Below the pieces are notes generated by a model. The model made no database searches and had not been told where the DNA came from. It saw only the letters and a list, made by a program, of their open reading frames with translations. The position numbers and the translations under genes are program-made. Shown here one piece after another: positions 51,132-62,039 of a DNA stretch of 64,000 nucleotides; position 1 is the stretch's first letter, and each line of letters starts with the position of its first letter. The stretch spans positions 32,001 to 96,000 of the IMG/VR virus record IMGVR_UViG_3300012662_000008. One strand, written 5' to 3'. Origin of the DNA: a virus (taxonomy: Duplodnaviria > Caudoviricetes).

Positions 51132-52028
51132 TTACTTCTTGGACCCTCTCTTCGGAGTACCATCAGCCTTCGATGCTTCGATAACTTTTTCTACATCTTC
51201 ATCTACCTTATCAATTTTATCCTCCAGATTTTTTACTGGAGCATATTCTGGGTAGGTTTCAAACTTAATTGCATCAAGAACTCTCTTATTTGCAGGCATC
51301 TTCAAGAAAAGAAGAACTGCATCCTCAGTAGCGCCAAGAATATTATCGGCATATTGGAACATGCCATCTTTTCTTATAATAATTGCTTTTGCTTTTGCAT
51401 CGATAATCAGAAGTTTTAACGCCATATCTCCACTTGTGTAGAGTTCGATAATCTTATCTGGCGTTCTTTCTGCTTCACGATACAAATACTCCTGTACGTC
51501 TGTGTCAGGGGCATTTTCCATATATCGGCCAAGGAGTTTGCACTTAGTCAAACGACCATACTGGCTATCGTTCTCGATATACGTCCAGGCTTCAGTAATC
51601 TTCTTTTTCTTCGATACGGTCTTAGCAGACGATGCACCTGGAACATCAACATAAAGCTCTGCAATTCCATACCTCTTCTTATCTCCATCAATAAAGAAAT
51701 TACCCTTATTATCGCGAGCATCACGAGTAGGAACAATCAAATCTGAGTTTCTAATTGCAAGCCACTTATTGTACTGAAGTGGATCACTTAAATCAAAAGT
51801 AGTCCCTTCCGTTACTACAATATCTTCGTCCTCAGCCAAAAAATACTGACTATTCGGATCATTTCTTTCTGCATCTGACATAATCATTTCAGCATTGCCG
51901 TACTGATCATACTTAACTGGCTTCACAAAAGGAAAGTTTGCCCCATTAGGCATCTTACCTGGCTGAAAATGATATTCCTTAATCTTATAAACGCAACGGA
52001 GCGTTATTACCTGATTCTCCATAAACAT
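51132..52028 (-). CDS. Conserved capsid-operon protein immediately after MCP, 298 aa
   Basis: Intact ORF with FDLSDPLQYNKW motif; position. Confidence 0.7.
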   Translation of the reverse strand: MFMENQVITLRCVYKIKEYHFQPGKMPNGANFPFVKPVKYDQYGNAEMIMSDAERNDPNSQYFLAEDEDIVVTEGTTFDLSDPLQYNKWLAIRNSDLIVPTRDARDNKGNFFIDGDKKRYGIAELYVDVPGASSAKTVSKKKKITEAWTYIENDSQYGRLTKCKLLGRYMENAPDTDVQEYLYREAERTPDKIIELYTSGDMALKLLIIDAKAKAIIIRKDGMFQYADNILGATEDAVLLFLKMPANKRVLDAIKFETYPEYAPVKNLEDKIDKVDEDVEKVIEASKADGTPKRGSKK

Positions 52029-52043
52029 TATTTCTTAATCTAT

Positions 52044-52072
52044 AAAAACCTCTCCCATATAACTGGGAGAGG
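52044..52072 (-). terminator. Terminator/attenuator after MCP
   Basis: cctctccca-gttata-tgggagagg followed by ttttt. Confidence 0.75.
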
Positions 52073-52093
52073 ATAATCTATCTTATTTTTAAA

Positions 52094-55000
52094 TTATGAC
52101 CATACGCTATAACCAGGGCGATTCTCTTCGCCAATCATAACTACAGAACGGTACGGATTGTACAAAACACTGCTTCCGTCAAAATGTTAATAATCAATTA
52201 CTTACATAATTGTTCAGACTATATCTTTAACTTAATCACAATACTCAAATTTATATCCTTTTGTTTGGGTTCTCGCTCCAGAAAGAACATATCGAACGTT
52301 TGAAAATTCTTTTACACATTCTCGAACTGTATCTCAAACCTTTATAATATTTTCATCAAGATCCTTTTGTACTACTTTTCTAGCTTGTACTTTTTTAATT
52401 GGAAACTCCTCATATTTTTCATATGATCAATAATAGCCATCACACAATGATTTTGTTTGTATTCTATGAGCGCACCCGTTTAATGGTAAACTAAGTGTTT
52501 CTCTTGCAGTTTGAAGATCAGAAAATTCCGAAATATACTTCCCATCTTCATCGTATTGATATACTTTGTGATGTGTGTTTCTTTTATATTTTTGTGTTGG
52601 AAATACATTGTATTTATTATATGAAACACGATAACCTAAACACTTTATTTCTTTTCTAGCCGCATTTGATATATCTTGAGGTCTAGTTTCCAAAAATTTT
52701 GCACATTCAGATGCCGATTCAAAAGATTGTAAAAATTTTCCATCTTTATCATATAAAAAGACCTCTTTTTTTCTATCCTTTTTATACTCAGAAATATCAA
52801 GTCTTGCCTTTCTAGTTTCGGACCAATAAAATCCAGCACATACACCTTTGTTTATAATTGCTGCTAATATTGATGGATATTTAACTCCATTTTTTCTAGC
52901 GGCATCAGATCGAGAAACATAAGTTTCAATATAATTTCCATCAAGATCATATTTATGAACTTCAATTTCCATTTTTGGAACTCGCCCTTCACCTCCACCA
53001 ATTGCGGTATTGTAAGTATCAGCACGAGCAACAAAACGATCATTCACTAGGATTTTCTCCATCTCTTGCGCTTCTTCATATGTGTCATATATAAAAAGAG
53101 TGTATCTTTTAAAAGCCGCAAGGCCGTATTTTTTACAAGCCCTTTGAAAAGGAGTTTTTGGATGTTTAAAATGATATGAACTTGTTCCAGTTATACCACA
53201 TCCCCAATAATTATCAAACTTTGTTGGATCTTCTGTTATATGGATTCCCATATATATCTTGTTGTTAACAGTATTTACTGTCATATAGAGTATTGTTTTT
53301 GTTAAGTTATTTCCCATTTCGATTTTAATTTAAAACCTACGGCATTTAATGCCTAGTCGTTGAACTTTTGTAGTAGCTTCGTTAAACGCTTGCTATTATC
53401 TACACTTAGCTGCTGATTGTCCAATATTTGTTATTTTCAAACATTCACGCTTGGTGTTACCATCTACGTTGTAGTTAACAAATCTCTAAGGGTTTTCCAG
53501 CAATTAGAGAAATTTATTTATACACCGTCACCGGTGCAGGGACCTAGGCTGCAGTAGTTAAGCCCCAGTTAATATACTTCATTCCTGCTACAGGAGAGGA
53601 AACCTGACCAGAAGCGAGGCCAGTCATACCTCCAACGCCAGGTATGAAGTTGTGGATGAGTTCACCACCCTTGAAGGTGTAGAATGCAAGAGCAGACCTG
53701 CCTGACTGTCCGTCCGGGGTAAGATCAAGCATAATGCCGAACTTACGAGTAGGGTACTCAATATCGAAACACCTATCAACTTTTACGATAATTTTGTTGC
53801 CCGCAAACTCATAAGACTGATAAGTAGCACCGAGGTCTACATATCCGTTAGCGCCCTTAGACCAAAGGTATGCGCCATCCGTCTTGTGAGCAATGATCCA
53901 TGCGTTCATCACGCGCTGGAATTCGTTATAGAAGGCGGTGTTGCAAAGCATTGTGAAGGTCGATCCCTGTGGCTTCTCTGACTTAGAAACCATTGCCTGG
54001 AGAGCCTTCTCGAAGAAACCTACATTGAGCTTGTTAAACACAAACTTAGTAGCAAACTGCTCTGCCTGAGGTATTATCAATTTGTTATCGTAACGTTGTT
54101 TATACGTTACTTCTTATATTTTTGTTCATATAAGTTCAGACTATATCTTCACCCTTTCGGGTGACTCCTTTTCGTGGATTTATACTATTCACCAGGATTC
54201 ATTATTTTATATTCAAAACCAGGAATTATATAAGGCCTAATTAAGTTCGAGAACTTACGTCCTTCTCTGGTTCTACACTTTAAGTAATAAGTTATTTCTC
54301 CTGCTTTGTTTGTTTTCTTTAATGGATAAAATTTTATATCATATTTTTCTTTAAAAAAATCAATAATATTTTGAGTATCTTCTGCGTTTGTCATCGTATA
54401 AAAATGAAAAGAGTGACTCCTAACCGCACCCGTTTTTTTGTTGTATTCGCGGTTGTGGCTTCCATCATCCATTCACCATAATGCTATCGCTTCCGGAGTC
54501 AGGTAATTTAAAAGTCGTTTATCGAAATGTTTAATTTTATTTTTATATATTCATTTATACAGCACCCTAAAATATTTATGGCCTTTTGATAATTTATATG
54601 TATCTTTTGCAACTCTATGATACAAGTACGGTTCCTGACAATTTAATAATTCAGAAATTAATTTTGCTTTGTATTCGATATAAAATTTTTGCTTGTGTCC
54701 ATGCTCTATTTCTAGAGCAACACCATGCCTTGGATTTAGGTGGCCATCACCTAAAACTAATCCAATTAAGAGAGATTTTTTTCTTTTATCCATATGAAAT
54801 GATATTTATTATAATAATATAAATCTAGTCGTTACACCTTCCTTATATTCCTATAAGGCTTGGCTCGGTATTCCCATCTCAGGGTTCACCGAATTTAAGA
54901 GTTGTTTCATAACTGATTTCTCAGTTAAGCGGCATAAAATCTACCGTCCGTCGTAGTAATAGCACGACCTACATCGTCGTAGTTCTTAACCTTTCCATTA

Positions 55001-56268
55001 ACATCCACATTGCACTTACCCCAAAGGAGCTTGTTGTTACGAACCTCCATAAAGTTGTCGAGACAAACCTTCTCGGCCTTATTGAGGTGGAAAACAGGAT
55101 CAGTGCCACCCTGCTCGCCCTTGCCTACCTGGATGAATACATCCTCCATAGGCTTGTACATTGCAGAAGCATCAACATCGCAACGGTGTGACGACATATA
55201 GCTCCTGAAACTTTCTGTGTTGCTTGTATACTTGGTATCAATTTTTGTTATCAACGTATTTCTACGCTGTTCAGACTATATCATATTCTTATATTCCGTT
55301 AGCAAATATAAGAACCCTCCTGTTTCCACGCTTGTGTACTCTACTTGCTTGTTCATAACAGTCTTTCTCTGTTACTATGCGTTTGATAGTCGTTGAACGT
55401 CCCTTTTGGTTTCGCTGCTGATAATCTATTGGCAGATAGACTTCCCAGCAATTAAGGAGGTTTTTAATTATACATCACTATATAATGGGCCAACCAATTT
55501 AGCCCTGATCGTGGAGCTCTGGAACTGCATTCGTAATAAAACGAGTCCAAGCACCCTTTTCTACAAGCGGATCCTTTTGAGAATCATAATCGTTATCGTT
55601 AATCTGAGCAATTACAAGATAGCACTTATCTGAAAGACGCTGTGGCTGGTTCACAACAATGAACTGCTGACGTGAGCGCTCCTCAATAAAAGTATCGTAC
55701 TTCTGATAGTAGTTCTCCGGGAAATAGAACTTAACTTCTGATGCATTAGCTCCATCTCCATCTACATCGAGAATCTGTACCTTGTGGATCTTGTGTACTT
55801 CGATATTCCATTCAATAACGAAATTGTTAACTGACTGAAAACCAGAACCGCCCTTCTTCTCTCCTTTAGTATAAGTATTCATAAGGGCTTCAGTCAGGTG
55901 CGTAGCTGTGTACTGATCATAGAGTTTAGCTACAATTCCCAGACGGGTTGGATTTGCTCCGAGCCATTTCATAAACATTGTGTTAACTGCATATCACTAT
56001 GCAGATCAGACTATATCATCATCCCAATGGGACGCCCCCCGTTTCGAGCATTTCTGCCCTACTCTCTTTCGAGATAGTCGTTGAACCTTACTTGCATGCA
56101 AGTCTTGGCTGCTGATTGTCTTAATTGGCAATTTTAAGAGTTCCCAGCAATTAGAGGGGTTTGCTAATTAGATTGCTCTAATTAGGAGCTTTGTTACAAA
56201 CTCTCGTATGTTCTCGTAGCGGCCATGTCTGGTCTAGTGGTTGAAAAACCTGAAATTCTTACTGCCAT
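52094..56268 (-). CDS. Major capsid protein, 480 aa, five exons: 56200..56268, 55501..55975, 54943..55238, 53561..54077, 52094..52179
   Basis: Exon lengths 69+475+296+517+86 = 1443 nt (481 codons). Junctions give TYES|FMKW, DQGY|TKYTS, TTDG|IIPQ and NWGY|GSSVLYNPYRS, consistent with crAss-like MCP. Confidence 0.85.
52180..53560 (-). mobile_element. MCP group I intron 4 (1381 nt)
   Basis: U|...G boundaries. P1 ggggcu/gguccc. R ttcaacgacta, S aagatatagtc. ORF lies between R and S. Confidence 0.88.
52232..53317 (-). CDS. Intron-encoded GIY-YIG-like endonuclease with NUMOD1 repeats, 361 aa
   Basis: ILYMTVN...KIYMGIH...YNTAIGG, repeated V.(K/Q)YD.DG.(Y/F)I. Two TGA read through to TAA 52232. Confidence 0.82.
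54078..54942 (-). mobile_element. MCP group I intron 3 (865 nt)
   Basis: P1 cggu/gccg with U.G. R gtaacgacta, S gaagatatagtc. Terminal G at 54078. Confidence 0.88.
54185..54793 (-). CDS. Intron-encoded LAGLIDADG endonuclease, 202 aa
   Basis: LIGLVLGDG and LTPEAIALW-W(TGA)-MDDG. ORFs 54551 and 54185 join via TGA. Confidence 0.85.
55239..55500 (-). mobile_element. MCP group I intron 2 (262 nt, ORF-less)
   Basis: P1 gggcu/ggccc. P aattgctgggaag, R gttcaacgacta, S tgatatagtc. Terminal G. Confidence 0.88.
55976..56199 (-). mobile_element. MCP group I intron 1 (224 nt, ORF-less)
   Basis: P1 gagu/gcuc. P aattgctgggaac, Q aatcagcagccaag, R gttcaacgacta, S tgatatagtc. Terminal G at 55976. Confidence 0.88.
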
Positions 56269-56300
56269 AAAAATTTTAAAATTAAGTTAATAAAAAATAA

Positions 56301-57410
56301 TTATATTGAACTGCCCCAAACATCATCGATAGAAAGACTCCTCTTATCTGCCTTTTTATTAGGGACAATTACCGTGTTTGTTTCTTTCTTACTAACCTTT
56401 TCAAGTTGTGAACGGAGTTTCTTATTTTCTGCCCGCTCCTCTGCAAGGATCCCTTTCCAGTACTGTGTAACGTTGGAAAGAACCTCTGCGCCCTGTGTAC
56501 GGAGCCAAGCCAACTCTATAAGAGCATCGGGGTTCTCCAGATCCTTAACTAGTTGCGATTTCCCGTTCGTATCCTTGTCCAGGATGTAAGAAATCATCTT
56601 CTGTTTATCTGAATCCTCAATAACTAAAGAATCGCTGTTATCGTCAGTGTAGTCAAGCTGTACTTCATTGAAAGCTGTAGCAGCGTTAATTAAGTTGTTT
56701 CTTAAATCTTCTGCTGCCTGCTGTTCAGCCTGCACTCGATCTTGCTCAGCTAAATCTTCTTGCTCTTTATATGCATTTCTAAGTATCTCTGTTTCTTTCT
56801 TATAAAGATCTTCATTCTCTTTTGCGGAGTCGAGTTTTTCAAGAATTTCCTCGTCTGTAAAATTCGGATAACGTCTTTTAAGATCAACAATATAAAGATC
56901 GTCATCTGAATAATCATCAATGTCGTAAGTCTTCTGTTTCACTTGGTCTGGGTTCTGCTGCAAATAAGCATTAAGATAGTTTTTCGCATAAGCGTCCATT
57001 GCTGTTTGCATTGTTAACCCATTTTTCCGCAGAAAGTTAACTGTATTAATTTCATCATCTGTTAAGCCCGGATCAGCGAGTTCATTAAGAATCTCCAATT
57101 GCTCCTCCGGTGTAAGTGATTTAAAATCAACCTCTTCTGAGTTTCCATCTTCATCTGAGATCTGGAACTTACTGGGATCTTTTAAACCACGTGCTTGCAG
57201 AAAAGCGTACATTGCATCTCCAGAATAATCTGGAGTTTCTTGCTCTGTTTCATGCTGTTCTGTTGGTGGGGTTTCATCACCTGCATCATCTGGACTATCA
57301 ACAAGATCGTCAACGCCAACTGAGTCAAATTCATCAATATGAGTTGCCCCTTGTTCAATTGTAGGATCTTCCTGGTCCAAAAGTGCATCAAAGTCTACAT
57401 TTTCTTCCAT
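56301..57410 (-). CDS. Acidic protein upstream of MCP (putative scaffold), 369 aa
   Basis: Very acidic, with a coiled-coil C-terminus; position immediately upstream of MCP. Confidence 0.65.
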   Translation of the reverse strand: MEENVDFDALLDQEDPTIEQGATHIDEFDSVGVDDLVDSPDDAGDETPPTEQHETEQETPDYSGDAMYAFLQARGLKDPSKFQISDEDGNSEEVDFKSLTPEEQLEILNELADPGLTDDEINTVNFLRKNGLTMQTAMDAYAKNYLNAYLQQNPDQVKQKTYDIDDYSDDDLYIVDLKRRYPNFTDEEILEKLDSAKENEDLYKKETEILRNAYKEQEDLAEQDRVQAEQQAAEDLRNNLINAATAFNEVQLDYTDDNSDSLVIEDSDKQKMISYILDKDTNGKSQLVKDLENPDALIELAWLRTQGAEVLSNVTQYWKGILAEERAENKKLRSQLEKVSKKETNTVIVPNKKADKRSLSIDDVWGSSI

Positions 57411-57462
57411 AAAATTACATATTAGTTCATATATCTTTTAGGCTATTTTAGCCATTTCGCTG

Positions 57463-57494
57463 CAAATATAATAAATAAAATTAAATAATGCAAA
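57463..57494 (-). promoter_or_regulatory. Bacteroidetes-type promoter of the capsid operon
   Basis: TTTG-N20-TATATTTG, 52 nt upstream of ATG 57410. Confidence 0.7.
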
Positions 57495-57512
57495 TTTTTT
57501 ATTTAATTATGA

Positions 57513-59777
57513 CTATTTTGTATATTCTTTTCAAACATCTCCATCAAGATAAACACCTTTTTGATTTCGGGTTCATGAGTCGTATTGCACAATTTGAAAA
57601 CTTATCTTTCCGTCGCAACTCCCAGCTAAATTATAAAGGGATATTATTATGTATTCTGATGTTTTGTCTTCTATTGAGACAAAGCCTCCATAACCCGTAC
57701 TTAAAACATAATATCTATCATTCATTTCTCAATGTGTTGGAAATGTTATTTTTATTTTACCAACAGCAAGTCGTTCTACTTTTAGTACAGAACGATCAAA
57801 TGTTCTTCAAGTATTTTCGCCTGGTTTATCAGTAGTAATAATTCCATCTGCAAGTATAGGACGAAGTCTCCCAAGTTGCTGTTTATTTAATACGAATCCG
57901 CGTTTTAATACCAATCAACCATAGAATCGATTTTTGCTTGGATCTGAGGCGTCTGTGATGCCAATGCCAATTAATTCTGTATATTCTTGACCTCAAATTG
58001 TTAAAGATTGATAAGCGACTCCATCTTCATAAAAAAACATTGATTTATCACTATTTATGGATCCATCTTCATTTTTAACAATTTTAGCAGGAAATTCAAT
58101 TTTAGTGTTTAAATTGCTTGCAAAAGTATTATTGGACTCTTTTCGATGTATTAACAATATCATTCGACGTCCTATCTGACTTGTATCTCATGGTATAGAA
58201 AATCCACCTAATTGAAAGCTCCCAGAGATCCAATCGCACATTATATTATTATATATGCTTGTCTCTATTGTGTCGGCAAAAAGATCCGGTGAATAAAACA
58301 CAAACGGTTCGCGTACACCTCCTGTTAGGAGAGCCTTATCCGCCTTTATAAATCCATCTTCATATACTTGAAACTTGCTATTTTTTGGCACATCATTAGC
58401 CCCTGCAAACATCATTAAATTACCATGTTCAGAATCGTTTAAATCATATGTTTTATCACCAAACTTAGCGGAATCTACAGCGCTAAGTCCTGCTTCAAGA
58501 GTACTACTTACTATTTTAGTAGACTCGTTTCCGTTTGCATCTTTAACGGTTTTTGTTACTAAATTTCGAACACCAACCAATCCGGCAAGCAATCCACCAC
58601 TCAAAGTAAGAGATCCATCCTCAAACATCAAATCCTTACCCAACTTAAACTTGCTATTTTTTAGATCAAGGTAACTATCACCATCTGGACTAGAAAACAC
58701 ATATGCTCTTATCTGGCCTGGTGTTATTTCAGTAAAACCATTCATCGTAGCAATAGATGGGTAATCATCAACACTCGACACAGTAACAACTGCATACAAG
58801 AAATTATATGCATATTGTATTACCCAATTTGGCTTTTTGTCGGTTCCCATATTTACTGTTGTAAGATATTCACAATAATCCTTTTTATAGAGAGTCTTAA
58901 CTAATTGCCCTACACCAGTTTTTGCATAAACGCCTGTATATTCAGCCGTTTTTATTTTTCCTGGATATATTTCATCATCCGCATAAAAATATAGATTTCC
59001 TTTGTGTATGGCATCATCTGCAGGACCAGAATCCCCGCTATTTACGTCTGCATCAGACACTTCAATAAAAGGCACCTGCACATAGTAATAATATGTTCCA
59101 GGTAGTAAGTTTTCTCTATATTCGTCTTTTTCAGTAGTTCCTTCAGTAGTTCCTTCAGTAGTTTTGGGTTCTTCATATATTCCATTACCTGGAGTTTCTA
59201 TATATCACCTATAATAATATTTTGTATTCTTGTTATTTTTATCCTCTGGTTTCAATTGTGTTGGGCCACCTAGTGTATAATGTTTCACATAACCCGGCTT
59301 GTAAACAATCTCTTTTGTATCAAAATCAACATATAATGGATCTGAGACTAGATCTTCTTCGGTAAGAGATTTAATTCATTGGAACTGCAATTGGTCAGAT
59401 CCAACCACCATTTGCATCGTTTGTACTGTTGCTGGTTTTATTGATTCGGTAAACTCATCTGCAAAAGCCTCCTCCAGAGCTGCCTGTGTTGCCTTAACTG
59501 CCTCAAAATCACGTTTTGTAACATAATTGCTTTGCGATGTTTCTAGATCTGGGAAAGTCACATAATTGGACATATCCGGTTTTTCTGCATTTTTAACAGC
59601 TTCCTCAGCGATCGGTTCCGCTACTGATTTTGCAATTTTCTTAACTGCATCTGTATCTGTTTTATCTTGATTTCTAAAATTAATTTCATAATATTTTTGA
59701 CCGACTTTCACATAAAAGCGACCTGCTGTTTCTAGAACTATGTTTTTATTCGGTTCTCCAATTATTTTTTGTGGCAT
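57513..59777 (-). CDS. Hypothetical structural (fibre-like) protein, 754 aa
   Basis: ORFs 59376 and 58188 plus downstream sequence in one frame through many TGA to TAG 57513. Motif MFAGA...FQVYEDG is typical of Bacteroidota phage tail proteins. Confidence 0.65.
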
Positions 59778-60403
59778 CCTTTTTCTCTAATTATAATGCA
59801 TTCAACATCTTGTATTTCAGTATGTGGGTTCTTTGCAACCACATAAACGCTCTGTGATTTTATTTTGCTTGTCTTCCAGAGAAACCCTAAAAATCTCTTG
59901 TGTTCAGTAACAACACTAACAACCAAACTATCGCTACTTTGAATTTTAAGATCGGCCTCCCTATCAATAATCGTGCCATCAACTTGCATCCATGGATCAG
60001 ATCACGAAAAAACTTGTGCCTTATGTGCTGTAGAATCTACGTAGATAATGCTATCTCGTACTTGTGTTTTAATCTCAGCAATTGTTTTGGATTGTTGTGT
60101 TATAATCTGATCGAGGTCTTCATTTCTCTTTTTCAGACTTTTAATTGTTTTAAGGTCTTGTTCTCTATAACGTTCCAGCTCATCTACTCGCAGAGTAAGA
60201 GTGTTGCTTTTTGCAACCGAAAGAGAGTCTTTTGTTCTTCATGTCTCACAATCAACTAAGGCAGATTCCATGTTTCTTTTATAAATATCTCTATCATTTC
60301 TCAGATTGGCTATTTTATTTCCTTGTATAATAACAGCCGCTACTAGGCCTGCTATAATAACCGCCAGACCTATTCTAACATAAGTTTTAATTTTGTTTCA
60401 CAT
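59762..60403 (-). CDS. Membrane-anchored coiled-coil protein, putative spanin/Rz-like lysis protein, 213 aa (starts ATG-TGA)
   Basis: M-W(TGA)-NKIKTYVRIGLAVIIAGLVAAVIIQ transmembrane helix, then coiled coil, then KRFLGFLW...KNPHTEI. Mostly missing from the ORF track because of three TGA. Confidence 0.7.
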
Positions 60404-60419
60404 AATTTTAAGATTTTCG

Positions 60420-60451
60420 CAAATATAATAAAAAATATCTACAAACGCAAA
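60420..60451 (-). promoter_or_regulatory. Bacteroidetes-type promoter
   Basis: TTTG-N20-TATATTTG, 16 nt upstream of ATG 60403. Confidence 0.65.
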
Positions 60452-60477
60452 AAGGCGAGGATTTTTATTCCTCGCCT
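60449..60477 (-). terminator. Terminator overlapping the RepL3 stop codon
   Basis: aggcgagga-ataaaaa-tcctcgcct followed by tttt. Confidence 0.7.
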
Positions 60478-60941
60478 GTCTTGTTCGGGTCATCTTTGTC
60501 GACCAAGTCAAAAGTAATTCGCAACTCCTTGTTTTCTAAAAAATTCCTCCGAGTATTCAGATCTCCTTTCCAGAAAATTTTAGGATTTATCATATATTCA
60601 CCATCTTTTCCGGTAATTATTTTTAACTCCTTCATTTTCTTTAAATATGCAGAAATCGAGTTTGTCCCAATGTCTAATTTTTGCATAATTTCCTTTCGTT
60701 TGCCGACTGTGATCGCAACTCGCCCAGTGTTAAATTCTGCGTTTTGGCACATTCACGTCAAAAGATTCCTAGCACTATCTGTTTTTAATCCAAATAATGG
60801 GCTCAAACAATCTATAAAAGTCATATAAAAGGAGTCCTCATCTATTTTCTTCGTGTAAGTTTTCGCGGTTTCAATCGTTGTAAGCTCACCAGTTTCTGGA
60901 TCTAGCAACTCCCGCTGTGTAACAACTTGAAATTTTCCCAT
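60465..60941 (-). CDS. RepL-like winged-helix protein, 158 aa
   Basis: ORFs 60753 and 60465 join via TGA. LLDPETGEL, DEDSFYMTF, AEFNTG and YMINPKIFWKGD. Confidence 0.85.
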
Positions 60942-60966
60942 ATTTTTCTTGTTTTAAAATTATATA

Positions 60967-60998
60967 CAAATATATAAAATATTTCAGAAAATTCCAAA
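60967..60998 (-). promoter_or_regulatory. Bacteroidetes-type promoter for RepL3
   Basis: TTTG-N20-TATATTTG, 25 nt upstream of ATG 60941. Confidence 0.7.
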
Positions 60999-61074
60999 AC
61001 TTTTTCAGAAAAAATCAACACAAATTTTTGTTAAATCTTTTCAGAAAAAAATGTATGTTTCACAAAAGTACTCG

Positions 61075-61164
61075 TGTATGATGTTCAGAAATTATTGTGA
61101 TGGTATCACAATAAAATGTGATGGCTTCCCAATACGTTGTGATTGTTTCCCATTACATTGTGAT
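61075..61164. repeat. 21-bp-period TGTGAT array upstream of RepL3
   Basis: tgtgat at 61096, 61117, 61138 and 61159, with degenerate tgtatg at 61075. Confidence 0.7.
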
Positions 61165-61211
61165 CCAAATTCGCGTAATTCTCTATCTAACAAAGAGTTA
61201 CCGACTTTCTC

Positions 61212-61631
61212 CTATTTTATCTTATTGACAAATTTTCTACATCTATCACACAAAAAGGTTTCGGCAACTGGAAACATATCTTGTCCAATTTCTCCAACTA
61301 GATATTGGAACTCTTCTCCAAAAGGGTCTATATGTAGAAATCCACATATATGCATTGCTAAGTGTCCTTTCTCGTGATCAAAAGTATTTTGGAATTGCGC
61401 AGCAGACGACGTAAGCCCTATAACAATAACAGAAGATCTACTTTCAAGATTGGAATAAGTAAGTCCAGAGTTAATCCCACATAAACAAGCTTCAGCCTGT
61501 TCTAAGTCAGATTGTGGACATCCAATCGCCTCTAGTTCTCCCAAAATATCATCCACATAATAAGTGTCTACCGCATAAAATATTTTAACGGACCAATTCC
61601 AATCTTTTAAGTAAATCTCCTGTACTATCAT
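61212..61631 (-). CDS. Hypothetical protein with HExxH (HEKGH) motif, 139 aa
   Basis: Start MIVQEIYL overlaps the upstream stop (TAATG); TFDHEKGH. Confidence 0.7.
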   Translation of the reverse strand: MIVQEIYLKDWNWSVKIFYAVDTYYVDDILGELEAIGCPQSDLEQAEACLCGINSGLTYSNLESRSSVIVIGLTSSAAQFQNTFDHEKGHLAMHICGFLHIDPFGEEFQYLVGEIGQDMFPVAETFLCDRCRKFVNKIK

Positions 61632-62038
61632 TATATCATATCCTCCCAATTAATTGGCTTTCCAGAACCAATACAATCCGCATAAAAGCGGGTAAAAGGT
61701 AATTCTTCATAACCATCAGGGTCGTCGACATAGTCTTTTATAAACATTGCTACATGTCCCTCATCTGTTATAGACGAACCTAGATAATCAGCACGGCACA
61801 TATTTGCAACAAAAACATAATCATATCCAAACTTGTTGTTAAGAGTCACATTGTACTTTTTAAGAACGGAGTCCACTTCGTCTTTGCTCCAAACATTTAT
61901 ATATGCTCTTTCTTTGCCTGTTGTTTTGTACATTCCAGAGGTAGCCCAATCACACATTTTCTTGCTAAAATGCCATCCATATTGGGAGAGATAATCCCCC
62001 ATGCCAGAGGGTAGTCTATCTCTTGCGTCCAATCTCAT
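61631..62038 (-). CDS. Conserved hypothetical protein, 135 aa
   Basis: Intact ORF (YGWHFSKKMC...YDYVFVANM), tightly packed. Confidence 0.75.
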   Translation of the reverse strand: MRLDARDRLPSGMGDYLSQYGWHFSKKMCDWATSGMYKTTGKERAYINVWSKDEVDSVLKKYNVTLNNKFGYDYVFVANMCRADYLGSSITDEGHVAMFIKDYVDDPDGYEELPFTRFYADCIGSGKPINWEDMI

Positions 62039-62039
62039 A

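Noticed and set aside
59130-59163. 12-bp tandem repeat (tcagtagttcct)
   Set aside because: Simple in-frame TTEG peptide repeat within a coding region
57513-59777. Diversity-generating retroelement target in the fibre-like gene
   Set aside because: No reverse transcriptase and no TR/VR repeat pair seen in the window
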